Shown in pieces: positions 62,449 to 64,000 of a stretch of DNA of 64,000 bases (positions within the stretch are counted from its first letter, which is position 1; every line of letters begins with the position of its first letter). Source of the DNA: Perkinsus chesapeaki ATCC PRA-425 (lineage: Eukaryota; Protista; Perkinsozoa); the NCBI GenBank assembly GCA_013115145.1, contig JAAPAO010000115.1, positions 8,279-72,278 on the forward strand. Direction: 5' to 3'. A program made the translations under genes and the position numbers. The notes under the pieces were generated by a model. It was given only the letters and a program-made list of their open reading frames with translations. It did no database searches and was not told the DNA's origin.

Positions 62449-63851
62449 TTACCGCGACCGTTGATGACTCGGATGGGCTCTCCAGCAAGGGAGACTATCG
62501 AACAGAGACACTGAAGGAATGAAAGATGTAATAAATAATATTATACAACTTCGAGGGAGCAAATGTGTTGTTGCTTTGAACGTATACAATGACTCTAATA
62601 AAAAGATATATTGAACATAACTTATTGACAATACTGTTATTTGAAAGCTCCGACCTCTGCCTGAACTCACCTGGAAAGCGAAAGCACTGAGAAATGCTGG
62701 CTTGTTGTAATTGATGCACATTTTTATTAACAAATTAACCTGGTCACATTTGGGGGACCAAGGAAGAATTTCGGTGGTCGATGTATCCAGACCTGATATC
62801 ATCTCACAGTGCCATTGTTATTTGAAATGATACCTCCAATGAAGACAGCATCGAGTGACATAAACCGCGCAAGAGAGTCAGCGGCGGTGTATTCGGTGGT
62901 TGTATCGTACCTGTTGGCAATACGGCTAAACAGGGAGAGCTGCACTGCTCAAAGAATTTCATAATAAAAACGCAGAGGATCGATTCTGATAAAAGGAATG
63001 GTTTCGCGAGGTCGGTGAGTAATGCTTTTGAATGCCTTGTGGGTGTTATATATATGATAATTGCAGAGCAAGCGGATATGATATTAATAAAATATTACTA
63101 GTATTAAATAATATCGATATCTTAATACTGCGACTCCTCTTCAAGATGCTATAAAGTAATTTGATAAGCTGATTATGTCAAACGGTGAACAGGTTGTTAA
63201 TACGTTTCGATTGATCGAAGGGGTGATGAACAATAATAGCAGCATTATACTGTTAATCAATCTTTGCCCATGTATAGCCATTTGTGGCATCCTCCCGGCC
63301 ATCTTAAGATACCATTCAACTGCTTTGCACATACTCAGCTTAGTAATAGGATTAATCCAAAAAAGATGAACCTCCCATAAATTGACTAAATTCCCAGACA
63401 AAGAGTAAAACTTACAGGAAGTCCGATAGTGTCGTTGAATCTCGACAGGTGAATGCTAAGGATGGCAAGTACCGGGCCGCAGGCCGCGCAAAGCTCTAAA
63501 AAATCAAGTTGAATGGTGAGGTTAGATTTACTTTACCTCCATAACACATTTTTTGAACCTCTTGGAGAGGGACTCTCCAGCTGGTGTGTTTGGGCAACCT
63601 GTTATTATGAGAATTCGCATGTGTCAAACGTCCGACGACCTCTCGCATGAAAGTTGCGCCGAATCTTGCAATCTTGTACTGACTTGAATTTCCTCAACTA
63701 TTCTTTGTGTGGGATGCGACGCGGAGATTCCTCGGTACGTATCTTTTACAGAAGTTACTTCAGTGAAGTATATGTGTGAATCTACAGAACTCAGAAGTAA
63801 CTCACAAGTCCAACTGACGGTTCCAGGAATCTCGTCATAGGTCCTATGCAC
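62449..63851 (-). CDS. Multi-exon protein with a class I glutamine-amidotransferase-like segment (partial, bounds uncertain)
   Basis: FMSLDAVFIG, EILPW, LLIKMCINYNKPAFLSAFAFQ resemble DGVIIGG / PW / PxLGICxGxQ; inference only. Confidence 0.4.
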
Positions 63852-64000
63852 CCCAAGCCAGTGGTTTGAGATAATAAGCGATTAGTGTCTTTTCCAATGT
63901 GCGCGCGTGCAAAACCTTGCGTAGTCTTGTTCGCGCGTACAAGCACGAATCTCGCTCACCCATAATTGTATGCATGAAACGGTCGCAGCTAAGCGGCTGG

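Overview
Eukaryotic genomic DNA; probably the alveolate parasite Perkinsus (inference from ~40-55 nt GT-AG introns, intronless subtilisin and pepsin-like protease genes, and an HslU with an organellar presequence). Recognisable genes: a POT peptide transporter, two tandem gamma-glutamylcyclotransferase-like genes, an NHL-repeat protein, tRNA-Ser(GCT), two subtilisins, RNA polymerase III subunit RPC3, a DUF726/TMCO4-like protein, PLRG1/PRL1, RPL3, HslU, an A1 aspartyl protease, a zf-C2HC protein and a GATase-like protein. The main observation is that short spliceosomal introns of unrelated genes carry four recurring mini-motif families, in either orientation and sometimes also intergenically. 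These are tRNA-3'-half/B-box sequences, GCGGAGCGAAGCG, AATTTCGTGGCGCG and GCGTTGAGGAAATGCAAGATTGCAAG. Other points are a pair of tiny secreted 4-Cys peptides below the ORF-track cutoff, a pseudo-tRNA just upstream of RPC3, and an antisense ORF with one in-frame stop nested in a PLRG1 intron. Exon boundaries were read by eye, so multi-exon spans are approximate.
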